Sequence record: OQ349392.1
Origin: Escherichia phage KIT06
Length of the DNA stretch: 64,000 nucleotides
Direction: 5' to 3' (one strand)
The notes beneath the pieces were generated by a model that did not search any database, had not been told where the DNA came from, and saw only the letters and a program-made list of their open reading frames with translations. This document shows positions 9,530-18,928 of this stretch, piece after piece. Numbering within the stretch: the stretch's first letter is position 1; every line of letters begins with the position of its first letter. The position numbers were made by a program, and so were the translations under genes.

Positions 9530-10108
9530 ATGAAAACGTATCAAGAATTTATTGCTGAAGCTTCTGTAGTAAAGGCCAAAGGCATTAATAAGGACGAGTG
9601 GAACTATCGTGGTGGAAACGGCTTTGACCCTAAAACAGCCCCTATTGAACGATACTTAGCTACAAAAGCTTCCGATTTTAAAGCTTTCGCTTGGGAAGGA
9701 CTTCGCTGGCGTACCGATTTAAATATTGAAGTTGACGGACTTAAATTTGGTCATATTCAAGATGTTGTTGCTAGTAACTTGGACGCAGCTTTTGTTAAAG
9801 CTGACGGTGACCTTCGTCGCTGGAATTTAAAACTATTCTCTAAACAGAAAGGCCCGGTGTTTGTGCCTAAAGCTGGTAAATGGGTTATTGATAATAAATT
9901 AGCTAAGGCTGTCAACTACGCTGGCCTTGAATTCGCCAAGCATAAATCATCATGGAAAGGTCTTGATGCAATGGCCTTCCGTAAAGAATTTGCTGATGTT
10001 ATGGCTAAAGGCGGCTTTAAGGCAGAAATAGATACCTCTAAAGGTACGTTTAAGGACGCTAATGTTCAGTACGCTTATGCCGTTGCTAATGCAGCCCGTG
10101 GTAATTAA
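9530..10108 (+). CDS. ipIII: internal protein III
   Basis: 192 aa with CTS MKTYQEFIAE. Confidence 0.85.
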   Translation: MKTYQEFIAEASVVKAKGINKDEWNYRGGNGFDPKTAPIERYLATKASDFKAFAWEGLRWRTDLNIEVDGLKFGHIQDVVASNLDAAFVKADGDLRRWNLKLFSKQKGPVFVPKAGKWVIDNKLAKAVNYAGLEFAKHKSSWKGLDAMAFRKEFADVMAKGGFKAEIDTSKGTFKDANVQYAYAVANAARGN

Positions 10109-10110
10109 TA

Positions 10111-10135
10111 AGGCCGATACTTAGGCCTATTTACA
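10111..10135 (+). terminator. hairpin, possible terminator
   Basis: AGGCC-loop-GGCCT after ipIII; weak T-run. Confidence 0.4.
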
Positions 10136-10285
10136 TTCAAATAACATGGGAACAACCTGGACCTCATGATTCTATGAGGGATTCCCGCCAACCTGTAATA
10201 AGGTCGAGCCCAAGTGCGGTAATGGGTAAATACAGAAATGGACAATTCATGCGCCATGGAATGGCCCAAATTTAGAGAGAATAAA

Positions 10286-10825
10286 ATGAGAACATTTTTA
10301 ACTGGTCCTTATCTATCCCTGATGAATGCTTTTACACACCATTCTGATGCTAGAGTAGAAGAAATTTGTAAAAACGATTATATCCCACCATTTGAAGACT
10401 TACTCAAACAGTATTGTACACTTCGTTTAGATGGTGGCAGACAATCTGGTAAATCAACTGCAGTAACTAATTTTGCCGCTAATTGGTTATATGATGGTGG
10501 AACAGTTATTGTTCTTTCTAATACTTCAGCTTATGCTAAAATTTCTGCGGGCCACATTAAAAAAGAATTTTCTCGTTATTCTAGCGATGATATTCGATTC
10601 CGCTTATTTACCGATTCTGTCCGTAGTTTTATCGGTAATAAAGGAAGCAAGTTCAGAGGTTTATTGCTTTCGCGAATTTTGTATATAATTGATGATCCTG
10701 TTAAAGCTCCTGATATGGATAAAATTTACGATATTCATATTGAAACTGTGCACCACTGTTGCAATAGTAAATGCTGCATTGGTGGTATTACTCGTCCACA
10801 GTTTTTCATAATCGGAATGCAATGA
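10286..10825 (+). CDS. P-loop NTPase-like protein with C-terminal Cys cluster
   Basis: Walker A GGRQSGKST, Walker-B-like LYIIDD, HHCCNSKCC; ATG 10286 after GAGAGAATAAAATG. Confidence 0.45.
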   Translation: MRTFLTGPYLSLMNAFTHHSDARVEEICKNDYIPPFEDLLKQYCTLRLDGGRQSGKSTAVTNFAANWLYDGGTVIVLSNTSAYAKISAGHIKKEFSRYSSDDIRFRLFTDSVRSFIGNKGSKFRGLLLSRILYIIDDPVKAPDMDKIYDIHIETVHHCCNSKCCIGGITRPQFFIIGMQ

Positions 10826-11151
10826 TGACAGACACGCAACTTTTCGAATATCTTTATTTTTCGCCAAAAACTGTTAAAAATAAATTGGTGAATCATTTTG
10901 AAATTTTGGCAAATAACAACGTCTTGAGCGAATTTTATCCTAAGCAATACAAACTACAAAAAGGTGTATTCAAAGGATGCAGAGTTTTGTGCACTGCTCC
11001 TAATGTAAGATTAATGAATAAAATTCCATATTTTACCATGGAATTTATTGATGGGCCTTTTAAAGGACTAATCACGCAGAGTTTAATGGCATATGATTCT
11101 GAGCCATTTTTAATTAAAGAGCAATCTTGGATAAATTTATTTTCTAATTGA
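10822..11151 (+). CDS. hypothetical protein
   Basis: ATG overlapping upstream TGA (ATGATG). Confidence 0.45.
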   Translation: MMTDTQLFEYLYFSPKTVKNKLVNHFEILANNNVLSEFYPKQYKLQKGVFKGCRVLCTAPNVRLMNKIPYFTMEFIDGPFKGLITQSLMAYDSEPFLIKEQSWINLFSN

Positions 11152-11159
11152 GAGGTTAT

Positions 11160-11522
11160 ATGAAAGCATATCAAATTCTTGAAGGCACGCATAAAGGTAC
11201 TATTTATTTTGAAGACGGTATTCAAGCACGAATTATTGTCTCTAAAACTTTTAAAGAGGACTCTTTTGTAGACCCAGAAATTTTCTATGGTTTGCATGCC
11301 CGTGAAATTGAAATTGAAACACAACCTACAGTTAAAATTGAAGGTGGTCAACACCTGAACGTTAACGTTCTGCGTCGTGAAACTCTGGAAGATGCAGTTA
11401 AGCATCCGGAAAAATATCCGCAGCTGACCATCCGTGTATCCGGTTATGCAGTTCGCTTTAACTCTCTGACTCCGGAACAGCAGCGCGACGTTATCGCTCG
11501 TACCTTTACTGAGAGTCTGTAA
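11160..11522 (+). CDS. autonomous glycyl-radical cofactor (GrcA/YfiD-like; T4 Y06I-type)
   Basis: C-terminus ...[59 protein letters not shown] with glycyl-radical motif RVSGY; 3' ~190 bp uses host-like GC-rich codons. Confidence 0.8.
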   Translation: MKAYQILEGTHKGTIYFEDGIQARIIVSKTFKEDSFVDPEIFYGLHAREIEIETQPTVKIEGGQHLNVNVLRRETLEDAVKHPEKYPQLTIRVSGYAVRFNSLTPEQQRDVIARTFTESL

Positions 11523-11743
11523 TGGCAAAGATAATTATTGAAGGTTCTGAAGATGTGTTAAATGCTTTCGCCGAATGGTTTAGTAATTCAGGCGAACAGC
11601 AATTTAATGAAGCGTGGAACATGGGTGATATTAGTGGAATTTATCCTACGACAGAAATTTCTGTTCAGGGATATGGCATTCATGAGCCTATTCGTTTAAT
11701 TGAATATGATTTGGGTACTGGTGAGGAAGTAAAATATGATTGA
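11522..11743 (+). CDS. hypothetical protein
   Basis: 73 aa, TAATG stop-start overlap. Confidence 0.45.
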   Translation: MAKIIIEGSEDVLNAFAEWFSNSGEQQFNEAWNMGDISGIYPTTEISVQGYGIHEPIRLIEYDLGTGEEVKYD

Positions 11744-12002
11744 AGATATTAAGGGTTATAAGCCACATACTGAAGAGAAAATCGGTAAAGTGAATGCTAT
11801 CAAAGATGCTGAAGTTCGTTTAGGACTTATCTTTGATGCTTTATATGATGAATTCTGGGAAGCACTAGATAATTGTGAAGACTGTGAATTCGCGAAGAAT
11901 TATGCTGAAAGCCTTGATCAGTTAACTATTGCTAAAACTAAACTCAAAGAAGCCAGTATGTGGGCTTGTCGTGCTGTGTTCCAACCAGAGGAAAAATATT
12001 AA
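11736..12002 (+). CDS. hypothetical protein (vs-block; Acb2/vs.4 candidate by position only)
   Basis: 88-aa ORF. Confidence 0.45.
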   Translation: MIEDIKGYKPHTEEKIGKVNAIKDAEVRLGLIFDALYDEFWEALDNCEDCEFAKNYAESLDQLTIAKTKLKEASMWACRAVFQPEEKY

Positions 12003-12280
12003 TGGCTCAATTAAGCGCAGGGTTTGGTTATGAGTATTATACTGCCCCTCGTCGTGTATCTGTTGCTCCTAAGAAAATTCAAAGTCTTGATGATTTCCAG
12101 GAAGTAATTCGTAACGCTTTCCAGGACTATGCGCGTTATCTTAAAGAAGATTCACAGGACTGTCTCGAAGAAGATGAAATTGCTTACTATGAGCAGCGTC
12201 TTGAACAGCTTAAAAACTTACATGAGGTTCGTGCAGAAGTTTCAAAGTCTATGAATAAATTGATTAGATTTAAAGAATAA
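12002..12280 (+). CDS. hypothetical protein (vs-block)
   Basis: 92 aa [13 protein letters not shown]...; ATG overlaps upstream stop. Confidence 0.5.
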   Translation: MAQLSAGFGYEYYTAPRRVSVAPKKIQSLDDFQEVIRNAFQDYARYLKEDSQDCLEEDEIAYYEQRLEQLKNLHEVRAEVSKSMNKLIRFKE

Positions 12281-12283
12281 CTG

Positions 12284-12312
12284 TTTACTTTTCCTCTTGA
12301 CTGTGGTATAAT
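12284..12312 (+). promoter_or_regulatory. T4-type early promoter
   Basis: TTTACT-N17-TATAAT (perfect -10) upstream of regB. Confidence 0.7.
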
Positions 12313-12339
12313 TTTTCTATCAGTTAAGAGGAGAATAAC

Positions 12340-12801
12340 ATGACTATCAACACAGAAGTTTTTATCCGTCGAAATAAGCTCCGTCGTCACTTTGAGTCGG
12401 AGTTTCGTCAAATTAACAATGAGATTCGTGAGGCATCAAAAGCAGCAGGGGTCTCATCGTTTCATCTAAAATATTCTCAGCATCTTCTTGATCGTGCAAT
12501 TCAACGGGAGATTGATGAGACATATGTTTTTGAATTATTCCATAAAATAAAAGACCATGTTTTAGAAGTTAATGAATTCCTGAATATGCCTCCACGCCCT
12601 GACATTGACGAGGATTTTATTGATGGGATTGAATATCGTCCTGGGCGTTTAGAAATCACAGATGGAAATCTTTGGCTTGGATTTACAGTTTGTAAACCTA
12701 ATGCGAAGTTCAAAGACCCGTCGCTTCAATGCAGGATGGCAATTATCAACAGTCGTCGTTTACCGGGAAAGGCTTCTAAGGCAGTAATTAAAACTCAATG
12801 A
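12340..12801 (+). CDS. regB: RegB endoribonuclease
   Basis: 153 aa MTINTEVFIRRNKLRRHFESEFRQINNEIREASKAAG... as recalled for T4 RegB. Confidence 0.9.
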   Translation: MTINTEVFIRRNKLRRHFESEFRQINNEIREASKAAGVSSFHLKYSQHLLDRAIQREIDETYVFELFHKIKDHVLEVNEFLNMPPRPDIDEDFIDGIEYRPGRLEITDGNLWLGFTVCKPNAKFKDPSLQCRMAIINSRRLPGKASKAVIKTQ

Positions 12802-12808
12802 GGTAAGC

Positions 12809-13354
12809 ATGAGAAAAGCACTACTCGCTGGTCTATTGGCCATTTCTATGATGGCACATAGCTCCGAGCATACTTTCAGTAATGTCCAACTCGATAACAT
12901 GCGTTACGCGTATCAATTCGGGGAACAATTTTCTAAGGATGGAAAATATAAAACACACAAAAATATCCACAAGAGCGGATTAGGTCATATAATGGCTGCT
13001 ATTTTATGGCAAGAAAGCTCTGCCGGAGTTAATTTAAAATCTAAACCAAAGCATCATGCCTACGGAATGTTCCAAAATTATTTGCCGACCATGCGCGCAA
13101 GAGTTAAGGAACTTGGTTATAATATGACCGATGCCGAAATAAAAAGAATGTTGAATAAACGGTCCAATTCAGCTTCCTGGGCGTACATTGAACTTTCTTA
13201 TTGGTTAAATATACATAAGGGCGATATAAGAAAAGCAATATCCTCTTATAATTCGGGATGGAATGTTAAAGCAGGTTCTAAATATGCTTCTGAAGTCCTA
13301 GAAAAGGCTAACTACCTTAAAAATAATAAACTGTTGGAAATAGTAAATGACTAA
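12809..13354 (+). CDS. secreted lytic-transglycosylase-like protein (SLT motifs)
   Basis: Signal peptide MRKALLAGLLAISMMAHS; E-S...GMFQ...SYNSGWN motifs. Confidence 0.5.
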   Translation: MRKALLAGLLAISMMAHSSEHTFSNVQLDNMRYAYQFGEQFSKDGKYKTHKNIHKSGLGHIMAAILWQESSAGVNLKSKPKHHAYGMFQNYLPTMRARVKELGYNMTDAEIKRMLNKRSNSASWAYIELSYWLNIHKGDIRKAISSYNSGWNVKAGSKYASEVLEKANYLKNNKLLEIVND

Positions 13355-13688
13355 AATTTTGGTTTTATGTGTAGGATTAATTTCATTTTCTGCGTTAGCA
13401 GATATATCATATTCTGAAGTTAGAGAGTATGTAAACCGTACTGCCGCGGATTATTGTGGGAAAAATAAAGCATGCCAAGCTGAATTTGCGCAGAAATTAA
13501 TATATGCATATAAAGACGGAGAAAGAGATAAATCAAGTAGATACAAGAACGATACTTTATTAAAACGATATGCTAAAAAGTGGAATACCTTAGAATGTTC
13601 AGTTGCGGAGGAGAAAGATAAAGCCGCTTGTCATTCAATGGTTGACCGTTTAGTAGATTCTTATAATCGAGGATTGAGTACTAGATGA
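13347..13688 (+). CDS. secreted Cys-containing protein
   Basis: 113 aa, signal peptide MTKILVLCVGLISFSALA, four Cys. Confidence 0.45.
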   Translation: MTKILVLCVGLISFSALADISYSEVREYVNRTAADYCGKNKACQAEFAQKLIYAYKDGERDKSSRYKNDTLLKRYAKKWNTLECSVAEEKDKAACHSMVDRLVDSYNRGLSTR

Positions 13689-14164
13689 TTGTAAAATATA
13701 TCAAGGGCGATATTGTCGCCCTATTTCTTCAAGGTAATATTATTGCGCACGGGTGCAATTGTTTTCATACTATGGGTTCAGGTGTAGCAGGTCAATTAGC
13801 AAGGGCCTATCCTAAAATTTTAGAAATAGATAAAACTACTACCGAGTACGGTTCTCGCGATAAATTAGGCGATATGTCTATTGTTTTTAAACATAGTCCT
13901 ACGGGATTTGGTATATGCTATAACCTGTATACGCAATACGAACCGGGTCCTAATCTTGATTATGGTGCTTTAGTAAACTGCATGATAGAATTAAATCTAC
14001 AGGCAGAGACCCTTTTGTTTAAACCAGTAATTTACATTCCACGCATAGGTTGCGGTATTGCTGGCGGTGATTGGGATAAGGTTTCTAAATTAATCGATAT
14101 GTTTACTCCTGATATTGATTTAATAGTGGTGGATTATGAAAGTACATTACCCGCATCCGTTTGA
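13685..14164 (+). CDS. macro-domain-like protein (ADP-ribose binding/hydrolase fold, tentative)
   Basis: N-terminal IKGDI, glycine-rich HGCNCFHTMGSGVAGQL loop, later PRIGCGIAGG, resembling macro-domain signatures. Confidence 0.4.
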   Translation: MIVKYIKGDIVALFLQGNIIAHGCNCFHTMGSGVAGQLARAYPKILEIDKTTTEYGSRDKLGDMSIVFKHSPTGFGICYNLYTQYEPGPNLDYGALVNCMIELNLQAETLLFKPVIYIPRIGCGIAGGDWDKVSKLIDMFTPDIDLIVVDYESTLPASV

Positions 14165-14348
14165 TCCTAAAAACAAAGCGGAAATTATTCGTCAATGGGA
14201 ACGCATTTGCCGTACTAAATGCCCAATTAATAGTTCTCATGATGTAGATAAAGATTATATTGGAACATTCGTTGAATATACCTTTATTGATAGGAAAGGT
14301 CGTAAACAACATGTAGAAGAATATTGCTTAAAGGTTACATGGTTATGA
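14136..14348 (+). CDS. hypothetical protein
   Basis: 70-aa ORF overlapping upstream gene end. Confidence 0.35.
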   Translation: MKVHYPHPFDPKNKAEIIRQWERICRTKCPINSSHDVDKDYIGTFVEYTFIDRKGRKQHVEEYCLKVTWL

Positions 14349-14530
14349 GTCTGAGTAAAGAACAAAAAGATAAATTGTTTGAGCTTATCCATGAACTTCT
14401 AGATGAGCATACAGAAGCAAACACCTTTTATGATGAATACGGCCCGCTATCTCCCGAACAGCAAGAAGAATTTGCTGACCGGTTTGATAAGAAAGAAAAC
14501 GAATTAATAGCTTATGTGAATACGCTTTAA
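14324..14530 (+). CDS. hypothetical protein
   Basis: 68-aa ORF; start may be ATG 14345. Confidence 0.4.
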   Translation: MLKGYMVMSLSKEQKDKLFELIHELLDEHTEANTFYDEYGPLSPEQQEEFADRFDKKENELIAYVNTL

Positions 14531-14539
14531 GAAGGTGAT

Positions 14540-15121
14540 ATGGCGAGTTTAATTTTTACTTATGCAGCAATGAATGCTGGAAAATCTGCTTCTCTTTTGA
14601 CTGCTGCGCATAATTATAAAGAACGCGGAATGGGTGTATTAGTTCTTAAACCTGCTATTGATACTCGCGATTCTGTCTGTGAAGTCGTTTCTCGCATTGG
14701 AATTAAGCAGGAAGCGAATATTATTACGGATGATATGGATATTTTTGAGTTCTATAAATGGGCTGAAGCACAAAAAGATATTCATTGCGTATTTGTAGAT
14801 GAAGCTCAGTTTTTAAAAACTGAACAGGTGCATCAATTAAGCCGAATTGTCGATACATACAATGTTCCTGTTATGGCTTATGGTCTAAGGACTGATTTCG
14901 CTGGAAAATTATTTGAAGGTTCTAAAGAACTTTTGGCGATTGCAGATAAACTTATTGAACTAAAGGCAGTTTGTCATTGCGGTAAAAAAGCGATTATGAC
15001 GGCTCGATTAATGGAAGATGGAACACCAGTTAAAGAAGGTAATCAAATCTGTATTGGTGATGAAATTTATGTTTCTTTGTGCAGAAAACATTGGAATGAA
15101 TTAACTAAAAAGCTCGGTTAG
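14540..15121 (+). CDS. tk: thymidine kinase
   Basis: 193 aa with P-loop NAGKSAS; MASLIFTYAAMNAGKSASLL... as recalled for T4 Tk. Confidence 0.95.
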   Translation: MASLIFTYAAMNAGKSASLLTAAHNYKERGMGVLVLKPAIDTRDSVCEVVSRIGIKQEANIITDDMDIFEFYKWAEAQKDIHCVFVDEAQFLKTEQVHQLSRIVDTYNVPVMAYGLRTDFAGKLFEGSKELLAIADKLIELKAVCHCGKKAIMTARLMEDGTPVKEGNQICIGDEIYVSLCRKHWNELTKKLG

Positions 15122-15130
15122 TGCAAAAGT

Positions 15131-15138
15131 TATAAATA
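15131..15138 (+). promoter_or_regulatory. T4 late promoter (TATAAATA)
   Basis: Exact TATAAATA 26 bp before ATG 15164. Confidence 0.55.
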
Positions 15139-15163
15139 GGTTTATCTAACTAAAGGGGTATAT

Positions 15164-15376
15164 ATGCTACAATTAACTGAAAAGCAACTTCGCAATCTTA
15201 CTGTTCTTCAATTAGATGAAATTCGTAGGGAAGTTGGAAATATCATTTCAGCTTTGCGTCGAGAAGTATCACTCAACCAATCTCCGGCAGACTATACTAG
15301 ATTGCGAAATTTTGAAAAATACCTTGATAAAGTTAAGGCCGTGCATCGGCACAAAGTAAATACAGGACAAAAATGA
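15164..15376 (+). CDS. hypothetical protein (rI-adjacent)
   Basis: 70-aa ORF. Confidence 0.5.
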
Positions 15377-15388
15377 TAGGAGGCCTTT

Positions 15389-15682
15389 ATGGCCTTAAAA
15401 GCAACGGCACTATTTGCCATGCTAGGATTAGCGTTTGCTTTATCTCCACCGATTGAAGCGAATGTCGATCCTCATTTTGATAAATTTATGGAATCTGGCA
15501 TTAGACATGTTTATATGCTTTTTGAAAATAAAAGCGTAGAATCATCTGAACAGTTCTATAGTTTTATGCGAACGACCTATAAAAATGACCCGTGCTCTTC
15601 CGATTTTGAATGTATAGAGCGAGGCGCGGAGATGGCACAATCATACGCTAGAATTATGAACATTAAATTGGAGACTGAATGA
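15389..15682 (+). CDS. rI: RI antiholin (lysis-inhibition regulator)
   Basis: 97 aa MALKATALFAMLGLAFALSPPIEANVDPHFDKFMESGIRH... as recalled for T4 RI. Confidence 0.9.
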   Translation: MALKATALFAMLGLAFALSPPIEANVDPHFDKFMESGIRHVYMLFENKSVESSEQFYSFMRTTYKNDPCSSDFECIERGAEMAQSYARIMNIKLETE

Positions 15683-16065
15683 AATTCAGCGACTTTTCAC
15701 AAAGTGGAAAACCTTCAAAGGCAGATGAATACTTAGGTTTATTAATGGCTGCACAAGCTTATTTTCATTCTGCACATTTTGAAACTAAAAGTTATGCTAG
15801 ACACAAAGCATACGATTTTATTTTCTCTGAGTTGCCAGATTTGATTGATAAATTTGGTGAGCAATATTTGGGGTATTCTGGTAGAAAATACACACCTTCT
15901 ATTCCAGATGCCAGTAAACTTCCTACCGACACAATTAAAATGATTGATCGCATATTAGACCAATCTAACAGCATTTACAAAGAAATGCCTCCAGCCATTC
16001 AAAGCACGATAGATGATATTACTGGAATGTTTTATCAAAGTAAATATCTTCTTTCCCTCGAATAA
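15679..16065 (+). CDS. hypothetical protein
   Basis: 128 aa, ATGA overlap. Confidence 0.5.
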   Translation: MKFSDFSQSGKPSKADEYLGLLMAAQAYFHSAHFETKSYARHKAYDFIFSELPDLIDKFGEQYLGYSGRKYTPSIPDASKLPTDTIKMIDRILDQSNSIYKEMPPAIQSTIDDITGMFYQSKYLLSLE

Positions 16066-16070
16066 CATTA

Positions 16071-16092
16071 GTCTCCTTCGGGAGACTTTTTT
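16071..16092 (+). terminator. rho-independent terminator (UUCG tetraloop)
   Basis: GTCTCC-TTCG-GGAGAC followed by TTTTTT. Confidence 0.8.
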
Positions 16093-16103
16093 CATTTTAC
16101 CGG

Positions 16104-16132
16104 TTTACTTTCCATTTGAGCTGTGATACTAT
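16104..16132 (+). promoter_or_regulatory. T4-type early promoter
   Basis: TTTACT-N17-TACTAT. Confidence 0.7.
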
Positions 16133-16160
16133 ACAACTATCGGATAAAGAGGAGAACATC

Positions 16161-16349
16161 ATGAAAATTGAAGCACTTAATCAAGAAGGAAATATCTACG
16201 TCATCATTAATGGTGATTTTTTCGTCGACATGGATGAAGTTACCAGTGAAGAACTTGAAAAACTTCTTAAGAAACGTTATGATATGTGTGATGAAGCTGC
16301 AACTCATATGGCGTGTGCAATATTCTCTCTTTCATATGTGGTGGAATAA
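16161..16349 (+). CDS. hypothetical small acidic protein
   Basis: ATG 16161 after AGAGGAGAACATC. Confidence 0.5.
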   Translation: MKIEALNQEGNIYVIINGDFFVDMDEVTSEELEKLLKKRYDMCDEAATHMACAIFSLSYVVE

Positions 16350-16552
16350 TGATTAGTATCGAACAAGCAGATAAAATTAAAGAATTGGTAGCTTTAATTC
16401 GCAAAGCAGACGAGGAACTTAGTGACTTTGCTTGGTTTTCGGCAGGCATTGCAAATAAAGGCGCTGAAGAACTTGAAGCTAAAGTTGATAATGCTGTAGA
16501 AGCTTTAGATATGTTTCTTGATGAAATTATCGATCATAATACGAGAGTTTAA
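16349..16552 (+). CDS. hypothetical small protein
   Basis: ATG 16349 overlapping upstream TAA. Confidence 0.45.
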   Translation: MISIEQADKIKELVALIRKADEELSDFAWFSAGIANKGAEELEAKVDNAVEALDMFLDEIIDHNTRV

Positions 16553-16554
16553 GT

Positions 16555-16749
16555 ATGCTAACACGTGAACAGTTTGAAAAAATCATTAAATTAGCACGTG
16601 ATATTGAAATAGATTCATACCAATTGGCAGTTGAGCATTGTGAAGGATATTCATACGATGGTATAGAAGCAGCTAAAAAGGATTTGGATAAATCCAAAGC
16701 TAAGTTAGTTCAATATCTTGAAATGATTAGGTGGAATAATGAAAACTGA
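16555..16749 (+). CDS. hypothetical small protein
   Basis: 64-aa ORF. Confidence 0.45.
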   Translation: MLTREQFEKIIKLARDIEIDSYQLAVEHCEGYSYDGIEAAKKDLDKSKAKLVQYLEMIRWNNEN

Positions 16750-16912
16750 AAAGCAGATGTTTTTAATGAAGCTAATTGAAGAATATGCTAATGCAGTTTC
16801 TGACTATGAGTATTCTTCTCGTGAAAGAGGTACAGCTTTCGCAAAGGAAGAAATGAAAATCATGGTTGATGCTCACACAAAGCTTCAGAATTTTATTGAA
16901 AACGTCATTTAA
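16739..16912 (+). CDS. hypothetical small protein (57 aa)
   Basis: Not in the track (<60 aa); ATG overlaps upstream stop. Confidence 0.35.
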   Translation: MKTEKQMFLMKLIEEYANAVSDYEYSSRERGTAFAKEEMKIMVDAHTKLQNFIENVI

Positions 16913-16915
16913 TGG

Positions 16916-16944
16916 TTTACAAGTTGGCAAGGTTATGGTATAGT
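16916..16944 (+). promoter_or_regulatory. T4-type early promoter
   Basis: TTTACA-N17-TATAGT. Confidence 0.65.
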
Positions 16945-17137
16945 AATCTTGTCAACTGCCAAGGAGAAGAGAATGAAAATTTTGTTTGTTGTGTATGTGA
17001 TGATTCAATATAATTACCCAATGTTTACTTATAATCTAGTGAACAACATTATTGATATTATTCAAAGGAGTATGTAATGACAAATGAACAAGCTTTTAAG
17101 TTAAGAGAATTAATTGAAACTTTAATTGGTGAATAAT

Positions 17138-17404
17138 GTGAGCTTTCCGAAATTAGAAGTAGGTGATTTAGTCTTAACAAAATTGTGGAATGATGCTCAA
17201 TCAGTAGAAATCTGCCAATATCGTGGAGCAACAGGTAATTTGATGTACACGATTTATAATCCAGAAATTTTATTAGAGTGTCATTTGGAACGCTTTATAA
17301 AAGACACTGATAGTATGCCTTATAGTGTATCGATTGTGCGTAAATCTGATACAAAGGAATACTCTAAAATTTTAGAAAAAATTCATGCCAATAAAAAGGA
17401 TTAA
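17138..17404 (+). CDS. hypothetical protein (non-ATG start)
   Basis: ORF 17126-17404 has no in-frame ATG near its 5' end; GTG 17138 after GGTGA is most plausible. Confidence 0.3.
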   Translation: MSFPKLEVGDLVLTKLWNDAQSVEICQYRGATGNLMYTIYNPEILLECHLERFIKDTDSMPYSVSIVRKSDTKEYSKILEKIHANKKD

Positions 17405-17405
17405 T

Positions 17406-17936
17406 ATGAAACGATTAGTACTAGAAGTTAGTTCACTTTTTGGTGAATTGGCTATAGAAAAAGTAAATAATATGTATCGTTTGACGCAAGAAGACGATAT
17501 GCTGTATTTTACACCTAGTGAAATTATTCATTTAACCCAAATTGAAAAACCTTATACTGATAAAATTGTAAGCATTAATGATGAGCATAAAATTCATTTC
17601 TATTCTTTATGCCCAGGATTTAACATTGAAAGCGAGTCAATATGCTTATCAATTAATAATTGGGATAATTTTATAACTAAAATTAAATATTTTTATTATT
17701 CTAACGAAAGAAAACATGGTTTAAAATGGTTTAAAAATTGCAATGCTATTATTACTAACGCTTGTAATCAAAATTATGAAACTGTTTTAAATGTATCAAA
17801 GTGTTACGAAGAAGGAGATGTCTTAACTATTCGTCAATCGGTAAATGATGTTAATGTTGTTGTATTAAACAAAGAAGAAGCTGTTTTATTAAAGACTTAT
17901 CTTGATTCTGTCATTCCAACTATGATTTCAAAGTGA
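17406..17936 (+). CDS. hypothetical protein (paralogue A of a tandem pair)
   Basis: ATG 17406 after AAAAAGGA; C-terminal motif KTYLDSVIPTM shared with next gene. Confidence 0.5.
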   Translation: MKRLVLEVSSLFGELAIEKVNNMYRLTQEDDMLYFTPSEIIHLTQIEKPYTDKIVSINDEHKIHFYSLCPGFNIESESICLSINNWDNFITKIKYFYYSNERKHGLKWFKNCNAIITNACNQNYETVLNVSKCYEEGDVLTIRQSVNDVNVVVLNKEEAVLLKTYLDSVIPTMISK

Positions 17937-17942
17937 GGAAAT

Positions 17943-18464
17943 ATGTTTATTTCAAGTGAAAGCGGTTTAATTCGTGTTGAATTTAAAAATGACATCTTCC
18001 TTATTCAAGGAGATGATATTATTAAAATGAGTTATGATGAAATTAAGAAAATTTGTAATGCTCTTGAAAATCATGGAAAGGTGAATGCTGTCATTGATAT
18101 TGGCGATTTATGGGTGACACTTTATGAAGTATCCGAAGGATTTAACATTGAAGATGAAAACAACATCTTAGCTATTGATAAAAGAAGTGATTTGTTTGAT
18201 GTGTTAAAAGTTTATGAACAGTCAAACGGTGGAAGAAAAGCTGCATTGATTTATCAAAAACCACATTCATGCGGAACTGCTTCAATCATTTCAGATATTG
18301 AAGATGAAACTGATACTTATATGTGTATTTTAAAAGCTGGTGGTGACCGTCATCCGGATTTTATTTCTATTCGTCAAAACAATGGAGAAATTTCATTATC
18401 AAAATCAGAAGCTGAAGCTATGATTAAGTATTTAACAACTGTTACACCTTCAATGAAAGGATAA
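17943..18464 (+). CDS. hypothetical protein (paralogue B of a tandem pair)
   Basis: 173 aa; C-terminal IKYLTTVTPSM and EGFNIE segment echo the upstream gene. Confidence 0.5.
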   Translation: MFISSESGLIRVEFKNDIFLIQGDDIIKMSYDEIKKICNALENHGKVNAVIDIGDLWVTLYEVSEGFNIEDENNILAIDKRSDLFDVLKVYEQSNGGRKAALIYQKPHSCGTASIISDIEDETDTYMCILKAGGDRHPDFISIRQNNGEISLSKSEAEAMIKYLTTVTPSMKG

Positions 18465-18466
18465 TT

Positions 18467-18928
18467 ATGATTATTAATGAAAGCTCTTGGCACTATAAAT
18501 TATTCAAAATGTTTAACGACGAATGGAAACGACCTAAGACACTGTGTGCATATTTTTGGTCTATTGTTATCCCTACATTTTTCGTTTCTTTTTTCGGATG
18601 TACTATACTCGCAGGTCTAACTATCATCTGCGCAGAAATCATGCAGAAATGGCTTATTTTTGGTAGTTTATGGACTCTTATTCCATCAGCATTTATACTT
18701 GCTATTTTGCTTGTTTTACTTATTATTGGTTCATTTGTTATTCCTGCACAATTGCATGAAAAATATAAAGATTATAAATGGAAAAAGGATTATGCTTTAC
18801 ATGTAGAAAATATTGATAGAGCGTATAAAGGTTTACCTCCTATTCAACCAAAGAAATCTATTATCGTCGAATTTTTAAAAGCGCGTAAAGCTAAAGTATG
18901 TCCTGTTATTGAATATAAGGCTGAATGA
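18467..18928 (+). CDS. integral membrane protein
   Basis: 153 aa with several hydrophobic helices. Confidence 0.5.
   Translation: MIINESSWHYKLFKMFNDEWKRPKTLCAYFWSIVIPTFFVSFFGCTILAGLTIICAEIMQKWLIFGSLWTLIPSAFILAILLVLLIIGSFVIPAQLHEKYKDYKWKKDYALHVENIDRAYKGLPPIQPKKSIIVEFLKARKAKVCPVIEYKAE

Noticed and set aside
10935-11528. Minus-strand 197-aa ORF antisense to the GrcA-like gene, and similar antisense ORFs (716-1015, 9039-9506, 42472-42888, 46249-46578)
   Set aside because: All are embedded antisense in well-supported + strand genes, lack ribosome-binding sites and have low-complexity translations; the only minus-strand ORF with a strong site is 57035-57235.
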